Positions 52,743-62,170 of a stretch of DNA of 64,000 nucleotides are shown piece by piece. The notes under the pieces are model-generated. The model was not told where the DNA came from. It made no database searches and saw only the letters and a program-made list of their open reading frames with translations. Source of the DNA: Spirochaetia bacterium (GTDB taxonomy: Bacteria; Spirochaetota; Spirochaetia; SZUA-6; Bin103); the NCBI GenBank assembly GCA_965203515.1, contig OZ241907.1:800001-864000 (forward strand). The letters run 5' to 3'. Both the position numbers and the translations under genes were made by a program. Within the stretch, counting starts at the first letter, position 1; each line of letters opens with the position of its first letter.

Positions 52743-53528
52743 CTACTGAGCCGCCGACGCGGGGATTCCGGCGGTGACCGGCTCGAACTGACGCGCCACG
52801 ACCCAGTCCGGGCGCGGGTTCTCCACGCCGGCCGGCACGTTGTCGATCGCCGCGAAGGCGTAGATCAGGCTGTAGCGCTTGGCCGGGGAAAGATTGTGGT
52901 TCGAGCCGTGCACGATCCGGCAGTCGAAGAAGCAGACGTCGCCGGCGCCGCCCTCGATCGGGATGATCATCGCCTCGTCGGTGATGCGCTCGCGCAGCGC
53001 CTCCGGCGTGATGCACCACTGCTTGTAGCTGGTGGTGACTTCGTCGCTGTAGTGGTCCAGCACGCCCCAGCGGTGCGAGCCCCTGACCAGCATCACGCAG
53101 CCGTTCTGGCGCGTGTTCGGGCCGAGCATCACCAGCGCCGAGGCCATGCGGTCGTCGACGCCGTCGTAGCGCCAGTACCCGTAGTCCTGGTGCCAGAGCC
53201 ACACCGTGCCCTCGAAGGACTCCTTGTAGTTCAGCTTGCTGTGGAAGACGTAGGCGTCGTTCCCGAAGATCTGCTTGATCGGCCCGGCGATCGGCGCCGA
53301 CCGGCACAGGTCCCGGAACGGCCCGATGCTGCGGTGGGCGCAGAACACCGACCGGACCGGGCCGCTCTTCTCGCGCACCACGTGCACCTCGGGCGGATGG
53401 TCGGCGGTCTCCGCCATCGCTGCGTCGGCGGCGGCGCGCAACGCCTCGATCCGGTCCTGCGGGATCAGGCCGCGCTGCACCAGAAAACCGTCCCGGCGGT
53501 ACGCGGCGAGTTGTCGTTCGGTCCACAT
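52743..53528 (-). CDS. phytanoyl-CoA dioxygenase family Fe(II)/2OG oxygenase
   Basis: HSKLNYK, WHQDYGYW, NGC...GSH, VHGSNHN...R. Confidence 0.9.
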   Translation of the reverse strand: MWTERQLAAYRRDGFLVQRGLIPQDRIEALRAAADAAMAETADHPPEVHVVREKSGPVRSVFCAHRSIGPFRDLCRSAPIAGPIKQIFGNDAYVFHSKLNYKESFEGTVWLWHQDYGYWRYDGVDDRMASALVMLGPNTRQNGCVMLVRGSHRWGVLDHYSDEVTTSYKQWCITPEALRERITDEAMIIPIEGGAGDVCFFDCRIVHGSNHNLSPAKRYSLIYAFAAIDNVPAGVENPRPDWVVARQFEPVTAGIPASAAQ

Positions 53529-53530
53529 GG

Positions 53531-54916
53531 TCAGCCTCCCAGGGGCTTGAGATCCGCCAGCATCGTCGGGATCAGCTCCGCGACGGTCGGGTGAACGTGC
53601 ACCGCGCGCCGGATCACGGTATACGGCGCCTTGGCGTACATCACGTCCAGGATCGAGTGGATCACCTCGTCGCCGCCTACGCCCAGGATGGCGGCGCCCA
53701 GGATGCGGTCGGTTTCGCGGTCGACCAGCACCTTCATGAATCCCTGCGTCTCGCCCTTCTCCACGGCGCGGCCCACGCGGGTCATAGGCCGCGTGGCGAT
53801 CAGGGCGGGCCGGCCCGATTCCCGGACCTGCCGCTCGGTCATGCCGGCGCGCCCGAGCGGCGGGTCGATGTGGAGCGCGTAGCAGTCGATACGGTCGGCG
53901 ACGCTCCGCGGGTCGCCGTGCAGGAGGTTGGCGGCGACGATCTCGTAGTCGTTGTAGGCGGTGTGCGTGAACGCGCCGCGGCCGTTGCATTCGCCGAGCG
54001 CCCACACGCCGGGCACGGCGGTCTGCAGCCGGTCGTCGACCGGGATGAGGCCCCGCCGGTCGACCTCGATGCCGGCCGCTTCCAGGCCCAGGTCGTCGGT
54101 GTTGGGCCGCCGGCCGGCCGCCAGCAGCAGGTGCGAGCCGGCCACCTCGGGGGCGCCGCTGCGGCAATCCAGGCTGACCGTGACCGAGCCGGGCTGTCCG
54201 TCGACGCCGATGCAGCGGGCGTTCAGGCGCACGTCGACGCCCTCGCCTTCCAGGATACCGGTCACCGCCGCGGATACGTCGGGCGACTCCCGCTTGATCA
54301 GCCGGTCGCCGGTCTCGATCAGCGTCACCCGGCTCCCGAAGCGCCGGTACATCTGCGCGAACTCCAGTCCGACGTAGCCGCCGCCGACGATGATCAGGTG
54401 CTCCGGCAGGACCTCCAGGTCCAATATGGTCGAGTTGGTCAGGTAGTCGACCCGGTCGAGCCCCGGCAGCGGCGGCACGGCGGCGCGCGCCCCCACGTCG
54501 ATGAAGATGCGCTCGGCCGCCAGCAGATCGCCGCCCACGCGGACGCGGTGCGCGGCCTTGAAGCGCGCGTGCCCGCGGTAGACCGCGCAGTTCGGAAGCG
54601 ACCGGAGCCACCGCTCGACGCCCCGCTCCGACTTGCCGGCGATCGCGTCCTTGCGCGCCTTCACGCGCGCCATGTCGACGCCGACGCCGCCGTCGATGAC
54701 CACGCCGAAGTCGGCGGCGCGGCGCGCCACGTGGGCGGCGCGGGCGCTGGCCACCAGCGCCTTGGTGGGGATGCAGCCGACGTTGACGCAGGTGCCGCCG
54801 AAGCGGTGGCGCTCGATCACGGCGGTGCTCATGCCGGCGCCGGCGAACGCCGCCGCCAGGCTGGGGCCGGCCTGGCCGGCGCCGATCACGATCGCGTCGT
54901 AGGTGGTCAGGGCCAT
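53531..54916 (-). CDS. FAD-dependent pyridine nucleotide-disulphide oxidoreductase
   Basis: IGAGQAG, GGTCVNVGCIPTK, GGGYVGLE, HPTVAE. Confidence 0.92.
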   Translation of the reverse strand: MALTTYDAIVIGAGQAGPSLAAAFAGAGMSTAVIERHRFGGTCVNVGCIPTKALVASARAAHVARRAADFGVVIDGGVGVDMARVKARKDAIAGKSERGVERWLRSLPNCAVYRGHARFKAAHRVRVGGDLLAAERIFIDVGARAAVPPLPGLDRVDYLTNSTILDLEVLPEHLIIVGGGYVGLEFAQMYRRFGSRVTLIETGDRLIKRESPDVSAAVTGILEGEGVDVRLNARCIGVDGQPGSVTVSLDCRSGAPEVAGSHLLLAAGRRPNTDDLGLEAAGIEVDRRGLIPVDDRLQTAVPGVWALGECNGRGAFTHTAYNDYEIVAANLLHGDPRSVADRIDCYALHIDPPLGRAGMTERQVRESGRPALIATRPMTRVGRAVEKGETQGFMKVLVDRETDRILGAAILGVGGDEVIHSILDVMYAKAPYTVIRRAVHVHPTVAELIPTMLADLKPLGG

Positions 54917-54924
54917 GGGGCGCC

Positions 54925-55962
54925 TCAGATCCAGCCGTGGCGGATGGAGACCGGGACGCCGGCGTGCTGCGTCTCCCACGCCGGTCCGGCGGACAGCATC
55001 ACCTCGCGCCCGGTCAGGGCCGATTCCTCGGCCGCGAACAGTATCTCCATCACGTGGCGCGCCCACTGGCCGTGCGCGGGCGGTTCGACGTCGAGACGGA
55101 TCGCCTCCACGAACGCTCGCCACTGCTCGGTCATGCCGGCCGGCGGGACCCGGAACGGAACGTCGGTCCACCGGTCATCCTTGCCGATCTGCACCGAGTC
55201 GCGGCCGACGCGCAGCGATCCGCGGGTGCCGTACATGACGCAGTCGTGCAGGGGCGCGCCGTCGGCGTAGGCCACGGCGATGGCGATGCCGGCCGCGCCG
55301 TTCTTGTAGCGGATGAAGACGGTCGACGTATCGTCGGCCGCCTGGTAGTGCGCGCGGGTGCCGATCGCCGCCGACACCGACACCGCCTGTGAGGCCATCA
55401 TCCAGGTCAGCCGATCGACGACGTGAACGCCGTTGGTCATCCACATGCCGCCGCCGTGGAAGCGGCTGCGGTACTGCGGCCGCCGCCCCGAGTAGTTCCA
55501 GTTCTTGCACATGTAGTTGACCGCGGTGACCAGCGGCCCGATCTCGCCCGAGTCCAGGATCTCCTTGGCCTTCATCGCCGGCCCTCCGAAGTGCTGGGTC
55601 AGGCCGACCATCAGCTTCACGCCGGCTTCCTCGGCGGCGGCGACCATCTCGTCACACTGCCGGAGGTCGAGCGCCATCGGCTTTTCCACCATCACGTGCT
55701 TGCCGGCTCGGCAGGCGTCGACCGTGAGCCGGTGGTGGAGCTGGTGCCCCAGGGTGATGGCGACCGCCTCGATCTCGTCATCCTGCAGCAGCTCGGCGTG
55801 CGAGGCGTAGCCCTTGGCGACGCCGTACTCCCGCATGATCCGGGCGCGCGGCTCCTCCAGCAGGTCCGCCACGGCCGCCACCTCGACGTCATCGAGCGTG
55901 GCGATCGCCTGCAGATGGGAATGGGAGATGCCGCCCAGGCCGACGATCCCAACCTTCAACAT
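54925..55962 (-). CDS. Gfo/Idh/MocA family oxidoreductase
   Basis: VGIVGLG, GKHVMVEKPMA, GGGM...GVH; SD GGAGGAG. Confidence 0.92.
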   Translation of the reverse strand: MLKVGIVGLGGISHSHLQAIATLDDVEVAAVADLLEEPRARIMREYGVAKGYASHAELLQDDEIEAVAITLGHQLHHRLTVDACRAGKHVMVEKPMALDLRQCDEMVAAAEEAGVKLMVGLTQHFGGPAMKAKEILDSGEIGPLVTAVNYMCKNWNYSGRRPQYRSRFHGGGMWMTNGVHVVDRLTWMMASQAVSVSAAIGTRAHYQAADDTSTVFIRYKNGAAGIAIAVAYADGAPLHDCVMYGTRGSLRVGRDSVQIGKDDRWTDVPFRVPPAGMTEQWRAFVEAIRLDVEPPAHGQWARHVMEILFAAEESALTGREVMLSAGPAWETQHAGVPVSIRHGWI

Positions 55963-56030
55963 GTGCTCCTCCTGCGCGGCCGCATCGTGCAACCGCCGCG
56001 CCCAGTGTGCCATAATCGGACGGGGGCGCG

Positions 56031-56675
56031 ATGCGACTGATCCTGGAACAGATACGGACCGGCGGGGACCGGAACTTCGCCTATCTGGTCGGCGACCGAG
56101 ACGCCAAGGCGGCGGCGATCGTCGACCCGTCGTTCGACCCGGCGGCGGTGGTCGAGCGGGCGGCTGCGCAGGGCCTGACGGTGAGCTACGTCGTCAACAC
56201 GCACGGGCATGCCGATCATACCAACGGCAACCAGGAGGCGCGCCGGCTCACCGGCGCTCCGCTCGCTGCCTTCGCGCCGAACGCCGGACGCCGCCTGGGT
56301 GACGGCGACGTGCTGGAGGTCGGCTCGCTGCGTCTGCGCGCGCTCCACACGCCCGGCCATGCGGACGACCACGTGGTGCTGATCGAGCCGGACGAGCGGT
56401 TCGCGCTGACCGGCGATCTGCTGTTCGTGGGCAAGGTGGGCGGCACCGCCGGGCGCGCGGCGGCCCGCGCGGAGTGGGAGAGCCTGCACCGGCTGCTGGA
56501 GGCGGCCGGCGACGATTTCACCGTCTGGCCGGGACACGACTACGGCTGCCGGCCGGCGTCCACGATCGGCATGGAGCGCCGCACCAATCCCTTTCTGGGC
56601 TGCGCGGACGTCGAGACGTTCTTCGACCTGAAGGAGCGCTGGCCGGCGTTCAAGGCCCGGCACGGCCTGCGCTGA
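56031..56675 (+). CDS. MBL-fold hydrolase (glyoxalase II-like)
   Basis: THGHADH, HTPGH, TGDLLF, PGHDY; TGcCATAAT promoter element at 56008-56016. Confidence 0.9.
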   Translation: MRLILEQIRTGGDRNFAYLVGDRDAKAAAIVDPSFDPAAVVERAAAQGLTVSYVVNTHGHADHTNGNQEARRLTGAPLAAFAPNAGRRLGDGDVLEVGSLRLRALHTPGHADDHVVLIEPDERFALTGDLLFVGKVGGTAGRAAARAEWESLHRLLEAAGDDFTVWPGHDYGCRPASTIGMERRTNPFLGCADVETFFDLKERWPAFKARHGLR

Positions 56676-56705
56676 CGCCGGCGCAGGCCGTGGTACCCTG
56701 ATCGG

Positions 56706-57104
56706 ATGAGCTATGCATTCGATCACGTCCATCTGCAGACCACCGACCTGGACGCCACGGTCGCCTGGTTCGAGCGCATGTTCGACGCGCGTCGGCTGTG
56801 GATCGGCGAGTTCAAGGGGACCAGGATCACGCACCTGAGGCTCCACGACACCTTCGTGAACCTCTTTCACCGGCCGCCGACCAACCCGGACGCGACGCCC
56901 GAAGACGCGGTGATCCATCACTTCGCGATGCGGCCCGATGACTTCGACGCCGCGATCGCGGACCTGAAGCGCCGCGGCGCCCGCTTCCACACCGAGCCGG
57001 CGGCCGTCGGGCCGCACCTGCGCGTGGCCTTCATCGAGGGGCCGGACAACCTGCGCGTGGAGATCATCGAGGGCGACCTGCCGGAGGGGACCGGCCTGGA
57101 GTAG
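56706..57104 (+). CDS. VOC (glyoxalase) family protein
   Basis: FDHVHL, HHFAM, FIEGPDNLRVEIIE. Confidence 0.88.
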   Translation: MSYAFDHVHLQTTDLDATVAWFERMFDARRLWIGEFKGTRITHLRLHDTFVNLFHRPPTNPDATPEDAVIHHFAMRPDDFDAAIADLKRRGARFHTEPAAVGPHLRVAFIEGPDNLRVEIIEGDLPEGTGLE

Positions 57105-57126
57105 CCGCTGCCGATCGCCCACGTTG

Positions 57127-57182
57127 GTCCTTTGCCAAAGGACGGATTGATCTGATATTGTCACTCTGAAAGTGACAATATC
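57127..57182. promoter_or_regulatory. two palindromes at the ATPase gene start (candidate operators)
   Basis: GTCCTTTG-C-CAAAGGAC (57127-57143) and GATATTGTCACT-CTGAA-AGTGACAATATC (57154-57182). Confidence 0.65.
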
Positions 57183-58467
57183 GCGGGAGCTTCTGAGAGC
57201 GAAGCTGGACGAGTCGCTGGCGACGCCGTTCCGCCCCCTTACGCCGCGGGACGTGCGGCTGCCGGCGGTCGCCGGCAAGGCGTTCGCGATCATCGGCGTA
57301 CGCCGCAGCGGCAAGACCTCGTTTCTGGCCCAGTGTCGAGCCGCCCGTATGCAAGCGGGATCGCGCCCCGAGTCGCAACTGCTGCTGCTGCTCGAGGACG
57401 AGCGGTTGACGGGGATCACCGTCGCCGACCTGGGCTGGCTGCTGGAGGAGCATGCCCGGCGGTTCCCGGCGCTGCAGGATGCGGGGGGCGTCACCCTGTA
57501 CCTGGACGAGGTGCAGAACGTTCCCGATTGGGAGCGGCTGGTCCGGCGTCTGATCGACACGGCCGCGGTCGAGGTGTTCGTGACCGGATCGTCGGCTCGG
57601 CTGCTCAGCCGCGAGGTGGCGACCAGCCTTCGCGGGCGCGCGATGGAGGTGCTGGTGCACCCGTTCAGCTTTCGCGAGGCGTTGCGCCACACCGGCGACG
57701 ACCCACCGGCGCCGGCGGAGCTCGACCGGCGCCTGCGGCGCTACCTGATCGAAGGCGGCTTTCCCGAGGCGCAGGGCGTGGAGCCGCGGGACCGGGCGGC
57801 GCTGCTGACCGGCTACGTGGACGTGGTGGTGCTCCGCGACGTGATCGAGCGCCACGGAGTGACCAATCCGTTGGCCCTGCGCTGGATGCAGCGGCAGTTG
57901 CTGGCCGATCCGGGGGGCCGATTCTCGGTGAAGAAGCAGTACGACACGCTGCGCTCACAGGGCGTGCGGGTCGGCAAGGACACCCTGCACGCCTGTCTGG
58001 GCTACCTGGAGGACGCCTTCCTGGTGCGTACGGTGTCGATGCACTCCGCCTCCGAGCGTCAGCGCATGGTGCATGCCCGCAAGGCGTACCCCGTGGATCC
58101 GGGGCTGATCGCCCTGTTCACGACCAGCGGCCGCAGCCACGCCGGCCGCGTGCTGGAAACCGTGGTGCTGCTGGAACTGGAGCGGCGCGGCTGGGAGGCA
58201 TCCTACCTGCGCACCGCGGAAGGGTGGGAGGTCGACTTCTTCGCGCATCGCGCGGGGGAGCAGCCCCTGCTGGTCCAGGTATGCCTGGAGACCGCGCAGG
58301 ACGCGACCTGGGAGCGGGAAGTGCGGGCGCTCCGATCGGCGGGGGAGGCGTACCCGGATGCCGCGCTCCTGCTCGTCACGCTCGACTCGTCGCCGCCGCG
58401 CCGGCCGCTGCCGGAACGGATCGCCTGGGCGCCGGCAGCGCGCTGGCTCCTGGAGCCGGACCCTTGA
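57172..58467 (+). CDS. AAA_14 ATPase with DUF4143-like C-terminus (second subfamily)
   Basis: GVRRSGKT, YLDEVQ, VTGSS, PFSFRE, GGFPE, KAYPVDPG, EVDF, LVQVC. Confidence 0.92.
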   Translation: MTISRELLRAKLDESLATPFRPLTPRDVRLPAVAGKAFAIIGVRRSGKTSFLAQCRAARMQAGSRPESQLLLLLEDERLTGITVADLGWLLEEHARRFPALQDAGGVTLYLDEVQNVPDWERLVRRLIDTAAVEVFVTGSSARLLSREVATSLRGRAMEVLVHPFSFREALRHTGDDPPAPAELDRRLRRYLIEGGFPEAQGVEPRDRAALLTGYVDVVVLRDVIERHGVTNPLALRWMQRQLLADPGGRFSVKKQYDTLRSQGVRVGKDTLHACLGYLEDAFLVRTVSMHSASERQRMVHARKAYPVDPGLIALFTTSGRSHAGRVLETVVLLELERRGWEASYLRTAEGWEVDFFAHRAGEQPLLVQVCLETAQDATWEREVRALRSAGEAYPDAALLLVTLDSSPPRRPLPERIAWAPAARWLLEPDP

Positions 58468-58492
58468 CGGCGCCGCGGCCGATCCGGAGATT

Positions 58493-58584
58493 TTGCAATT
58501 CTGCTATTGAATGAATTGCAACGTTGTTATCATTATCGTTGCGATGATGCTATCGGAGACATTGCAATGATGTCATTGGAGCGG
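58493..58584. repeat. degenerate tandem array of four 23-bp units before the DUF4143 gene (candidate operator)
   Basis: TTGCAATTCTGCTATTGAATGAA / TTGCAACGTTGTTATCATTATCG / TTGCGATGATGCTATCGGAGACA / TTGCAATGATGTCATTGGAGCGG at 58493, 58516, 58539, 58562. Confidence 0.75.
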
Positions 58585-58586
58585 TG

Positions 58587-59819
58587 ATGGCGCACTACCG
58601 GGCACGCCTAGCGGACCACGAGCTGCGGCAGCGGCTCGGCGCTGCCGGGGCGGTGGTCATCGAAGGCCCCAAGGCGTGCGGCAAGACGGCCACCGCCCGG
58701 CGGGCGGCGGCCAGCGAAGTGCTGCTCGACGTCGACGCCAACGCCCGGCGCGCCGTAGCGATCGATCCGGCCCTGGTGCTGGAGGGAGCCGCGCCGCGCC
58801 TGATCGACGAGTGGCAGACCGAACCGGCGATCTGGAATCACGTGCGCCGCGCCGTCGACGACCGCGCCCGGCCCGGCCAGTTCATCCTCACCGGCTCCGC
58901 GGTGCCGGCCGACGACGTCACCCGGCATACTGGCGCGGGACGCCTGACGCGGCTCCGGCTGCGCCCCATGTCCCTGTTCGAAACCGGCCGCTCCTCCGGT
59001 GCGGTTTCCCTGCACGGACTCCTGGCCGGAGCGGCGCCGCGCAGCGCGGAGTCGGCCCTCTCCATCGAGGAGCTTGCCGGGCAGGTCTGCCGCGGCGGCT
59101 GGCCGGGGAATCTGCAACGCTCCGTCAACCAGGCGCTGCAGGCCAATCGCGCCTACCTCGACGAGATCCGCCGCGTCGACGTCGGCCGCGTCGACGCCAC
59201 GCGGCGCGACCCCGCCAAGGTCGGCGACCTGCTCCGCTCGTTCGCCCGCAACGTCGCTACCTACGCCGCGGCTTCGACCATGGCCGCCGACTTGAACAAC
59301 CACACCGCGGATGCCTACCTGACGGCGCTCGAACGGCTCATGATCGTCGAGGATCAACCGGCCTGGGCGCCGCACCTGCGCTCGCGGTCGCGGCTCAGGG
59401 GCGCCCCCAAGCGGCACTTCGTCGATCCCTCGCTGGCGGTCGCGGCGCTCCGCGCCGACCCCGATCGGCTGCTGCGGGACCTCGCCTGGTTCGGGTTCCT
59501 GTTCGAGTCGCTGGTGGTCCGCGACCTGCGCGTCTACGCCCAGCATCATGACGCCGAAGTGCTGCAGTACCGTGACAACACCGGCCTGGAGGTGGACGCC
59601 ATCGTGCAGGCGGCGGACGGAACCTGGGCCGCATTCGAGGTCAAGCTGGGAGCGGGAATGATCGACGCCGCGGCGGCTACTCTGCTGCGCTTCGCCAGGC
59701 GGGTGGACCCGGCCCGCAGCCGGGCTCCCGCGGCCCTGGCGGTCATCGTCGCGGGCGGCTACGGCTACGTGCGCGGCGACGGCATCGGCGTCATTCCCAT
59801 CGGCGCGCTGGGACCGTAG
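58587..59819 (+). CDS. AAA_14 ATPase with C-terminal DUF4143 (close paralogue of 25897-27180)
   Basis: EGPKACGKT, LIDEWQ, FILTGS, KRHFVDPSL, YRDNTGLEVDAIV, FEVKLG. Confidence 0.92.
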   Translation: MAHYRARLADHELRQRLGAAGAVVIEGPKACGKTATARRAAASEVLLDVDANARRAVAIDPALVLEGAAPRLIDEWQTEPAIWNHVRRAVDDRARPGQFILTGSAVPADDVTRHTGAGRLTRLRLRPMSLFETGRSSGAVSLHGLLAGAAPRSAESALSIEELAGQVCRGGWPGNLQRSVNQALQANRAYLDEIRRVDVGRVDATRRDPAKVGDLLRSFARNVATYAAASTMAADLNNHTADAYLTALERLMIVEDQPAWAPHLRSRSRLRGAPKRHFVDPSLAVAALRADPDRLLRDLAWFGFLFESLVVRDLRVYAQHHDAEVLQYRDNTGLEVDAIVQAADGTWAAFEVKLGAGMIDAAAATLLRFARRVDPARSRAPAALAVIVAGGYGYVRGDGIGVIPIGALGP

Positions 59820-59833
59820 CCAGCCGCGCGAGT

Positions 59834-61813
59834 TCAGTTGCTCACGACCTTAACCAGAAGCTTCTTGCCGTTCAGCGTATGGCGCGCCCAATACAGGTTT
59901 TGGTACTGGTCGTTGCCGGGTGGACGCAGCGTTGCCTCGGCGGTCGCCGTGGTGCCGCTGCCGCCGGTCGGCGCGGAAAGCGTAACGGTTGGGGCCGACG
60001 CGTAGCCGCTCCCCTGGTTCGTGATCCGCACTGCCGTGACGGTGGAGTGCAACACCGCGGTGCCGGCTGCGGTGGTGGCGCCGCCGCCGCTTGGCGGGGC
60101 CGAAAAGGTAACGGTCGGGGCCGACGTGTAGCCGCTCCCGCCGCCGGTGACGTCTACCGACCCGACACCGTATTGCAGCACCGCGGTGCCGGCGGCCGTG
60201 GTGCCGCCGCTCGGCGCTGCCGAAAAGGTGACGGTTGGGACCGAGGTGTAGCCGCCGCCGGCGGTGGCGATCGTTACCGACCCGACACCGTAGCGCAACG
60301 CCGCGGTGCCGGTTGCCGTGGTGCCGCTCGGCGGGGCCGAAAAGGTGACGGTCGGGGCCGACGTGTAGCCGCTCCCGCGGCCGGTGACGTCTACCGACCC
60401 GACACCGTATTGCAGCACCGCGGTGCCGGCGGCCGTGGTGCCGCCGCTCGGCGCTGCCGAAAAGGTGACGGTTGGGACCGAGGTGTAGCCGCCGCCGGCG
60501 GTGGCGATCGTTACCGACCCGACACCGTAGCGCAACGCCGCGGTGCCGGTTGCCGTGGTGCCGCTGGACGGTGCGCCAAACGTAACGGTCGGGACCGAGG
60601 TGTAGCCGCTCCCCCGGTTCCTGACCTCCACTGCCTGGATGACACCGACGCCTAAGGCTATCACTTGGGCCATTGCCCTGGTGCCGCCGGAGGGCGGCGC
60701 CGAAATCGTAACGGTAGCCGTGCTAGGGACGTAGCCGGTACCCCCGTTCGTGACCGTCACCGAATGGACTCGACCGTTCCCCACCACGGTGCCGGTTGCC
60801 GTGGTGCCGCCTGCAGGCGCTGCCGAGAAGGTGACGGTCGGGAGGGACGTGTAGCCGCTGCCGGGGGTGACAACGTCCACGGAAGCGACGCTGCCGGGCC
60901 CTGCCACCGCGGTGCCGGTTGCCGTGGCGCCGCCGGACGGCGGGGCGGAAAAGCTGACGGTCGGGAGGGACGTGTAGCCGCTGCCGGGGGTGACAACGTC
61001 CACGGAAGCGACGCTGCCGGGCCCTGCCACCGCGGTGCCGGTTGCCGTGGTGCCGCCGGACGGCGCTGCCGAGAAGGTGACGGTTGGGACCGAGGTGTAG
61101 CCGCTGCCGGGGGTGACAACGTCCACGGAAGCGACGCTGCCGGGCCCTGCCGCCGCGGTGCCGGTTGCCGTGGCGCCGCCGGACGGCGGGGCGGAAAAGC
61201 TGACGGTCGGGAGGGACGTGTAGCCGCTGCCGGCGGTGTCGACCGTCACGGAGGCGACGCGATCGGGCCCCACCGCGGTGCCGGTTGCCGCGGCGCCGCC
61301 GGGCGGCGGGGCGGAAAAGCTGACGGTCGGGGGCGAGGTGTAGCCGCTGCCCGGGTTCGTGATCGTGACCAACTCGACAGCGCCGCCGCCCGACTGATCC
61401 GGGGCCGTGAGCACGAGCACGATCGCTCCCGCACGGACTTCCGCGGCAACCTTCCACTCGGCGCCGGAGATATCGGACGCGAAGACCGGCTTTGCCGCCG
61501 TGCTGGTGAACGGCAGGTCATGCCCGCCAATCGAAACGCTCACTTCGGCGCCGGCGGTGATCGGCTCCCAGTCATACGACGCACGGTTGGACACCTCGCC
61601 CACCAGGTTCAGTTCATCATTGCCAAAGTCAGCCGCCCCGATCGTCCAACTCTTCTCCCTCTTCTCTGCCGGCTGCGGAGTTGGCGTCGGCTCGCCCGGG
61701 GTTGAGGCCGGGTCGGCGGGCGCGACGGCCCGGGGAGGCCCCTGCCCGCACGCCAGCAGCGTGGCGATGCCGGCGGTCATCAACAGCGATAACTTCAACG
61801 CTTTACTCAACAA
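59834..61813 (-). CDS. lipoprotein with twelve ~40-aa Gly/Thr-rich beta repeats (paralogue of 21014-22973)
   Basis: SD GGAGGG + TTG; lipobox LLAC; shared AKPVFASDISGAEW and DQYQNLYWAR blocks; same TGcTACCAT element upstream. Confidence 0.88.
   Translation of the reverse strand: MLSKALKLSLLMTAGIATLLACGQGPPRAVAPADPASTPGEPTPTPQPAEKREKSWTIGAADFGNDELNLVGEVSNRASYDWEPITAGAEVSVSIGGHDLPFTSTAAKPVFASDISGAEWKVAAEVRAGAIVLVLTAPDQSGGGAVELVTITNPGSGYTSPPTVSFSAPPPGGAAATGTAVGPDRVASVTVDTAGSGYTSLPTVSFSAPPSGGATATGTAAAGPGSVASVDVVTPGSGYTSVPTVTFSAAPSGGTTATGTAVAGPGSVASVDVVTPGSGYTSLPTVSFSAPPSGGATATGTAVAGPGSVASVDVVTPGSGYTSLPTVTFSAAPAGGTTATGTVVGNGRVHSVTVTNGGTGYVPSTATVTISAPPSGGTRAMAQVIALGVGVIQAVEVRNRGSGYTSVPTVTFGAPSSGTTATGTAALRYGVGSVTIATAGGGYTSVPTVTFSAAPSGGTTAAGTAVLQYGVGSVDVTGRGSGYTSAPTVTFSAPPSGTTATGTAALRYGVGSVTIATAGGGYTSVPTVTFSAAPSGGTTAAGTAVLQYGVGSVDVTGGGSGYTSAPTVTFSAPPSGGGATTAAGTAVLHSTVTAVRITNQGSGYASAPTVTLSAPTGGSGTTATAEATLRPPGNDQYQNLYWARHTLNGKKLLVKVVSN
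59915..61378 (-). repeat. coding tandem array of 12 units, with near-identical 123-bp and 237-bp duplications
   Basis: 123-bp period (e.g. 60840 vs 60963) and 237-bp period (60121 vs 60358). Confidence 0.9.
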
Positions 61814-61927
61814 GATTCCCTCCGCGCCGGCTGCTGACGGTTAGCGTCAGCCTCGCGCCGGGCGCATGGTAGCATGCGCCCGCCAAGTTGACCATCGACC
61901 CCATCAGCGCCATTTTGGCCCGCCGGG

Positions 61928-62122
61928 TCAGGTCCGGCGCGCGGTGTTGTCTGATACCCGGTCGAGGAGCTCGGCTCCGGTCTCGCACTCGATGATCCAG
62001 CCGCCGGCCTGCGCCAAGCGGTCAGGATCGGCGGTCTGCTCCAGGAGCACCGCCAGCCGTTGCGCCGTGTCGTCGTCGAACTTCCGCGCCGCCATCCGGC
62101 ACAGCAGCTTGGTGACAGCCAT
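61928..62122 (-). pseudogene. internally deleted Uma2-type gene (start + C-terminal tail only)
   Basis: MAVTK fused to LLCRMAARKFDDDTAQRL...ECETGAELLDR; DNA matches about 23815-23960, and the upstream region matches 24777-24817. Confidence 0.7.
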
Positions 62123-62170
62123 GGCGCCACGGTACGCGGGCCGCGCCGGTCGCGCAACCGCGACGGCCCG

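Noticed and set aside
52743..53528. Ectoine hydroxylase ectD
   Set aside because: Similar family, but the motif is WHQDYGYW rather than the EctD WHSDFETW signature, and there is no ectABC.
53531..54916. Mercuric reductase merA
   Set aside because: Lacks the C-terminal Cys-Cys pair and the N-terminal metal-binding domain; no mer genes are nearby.
58493..58584. The 23-bp arrays as a mini-CRISPR
   Set aside because: The units are contiguous and degenerate with no unique spacers, and there are no cas genes in the window.
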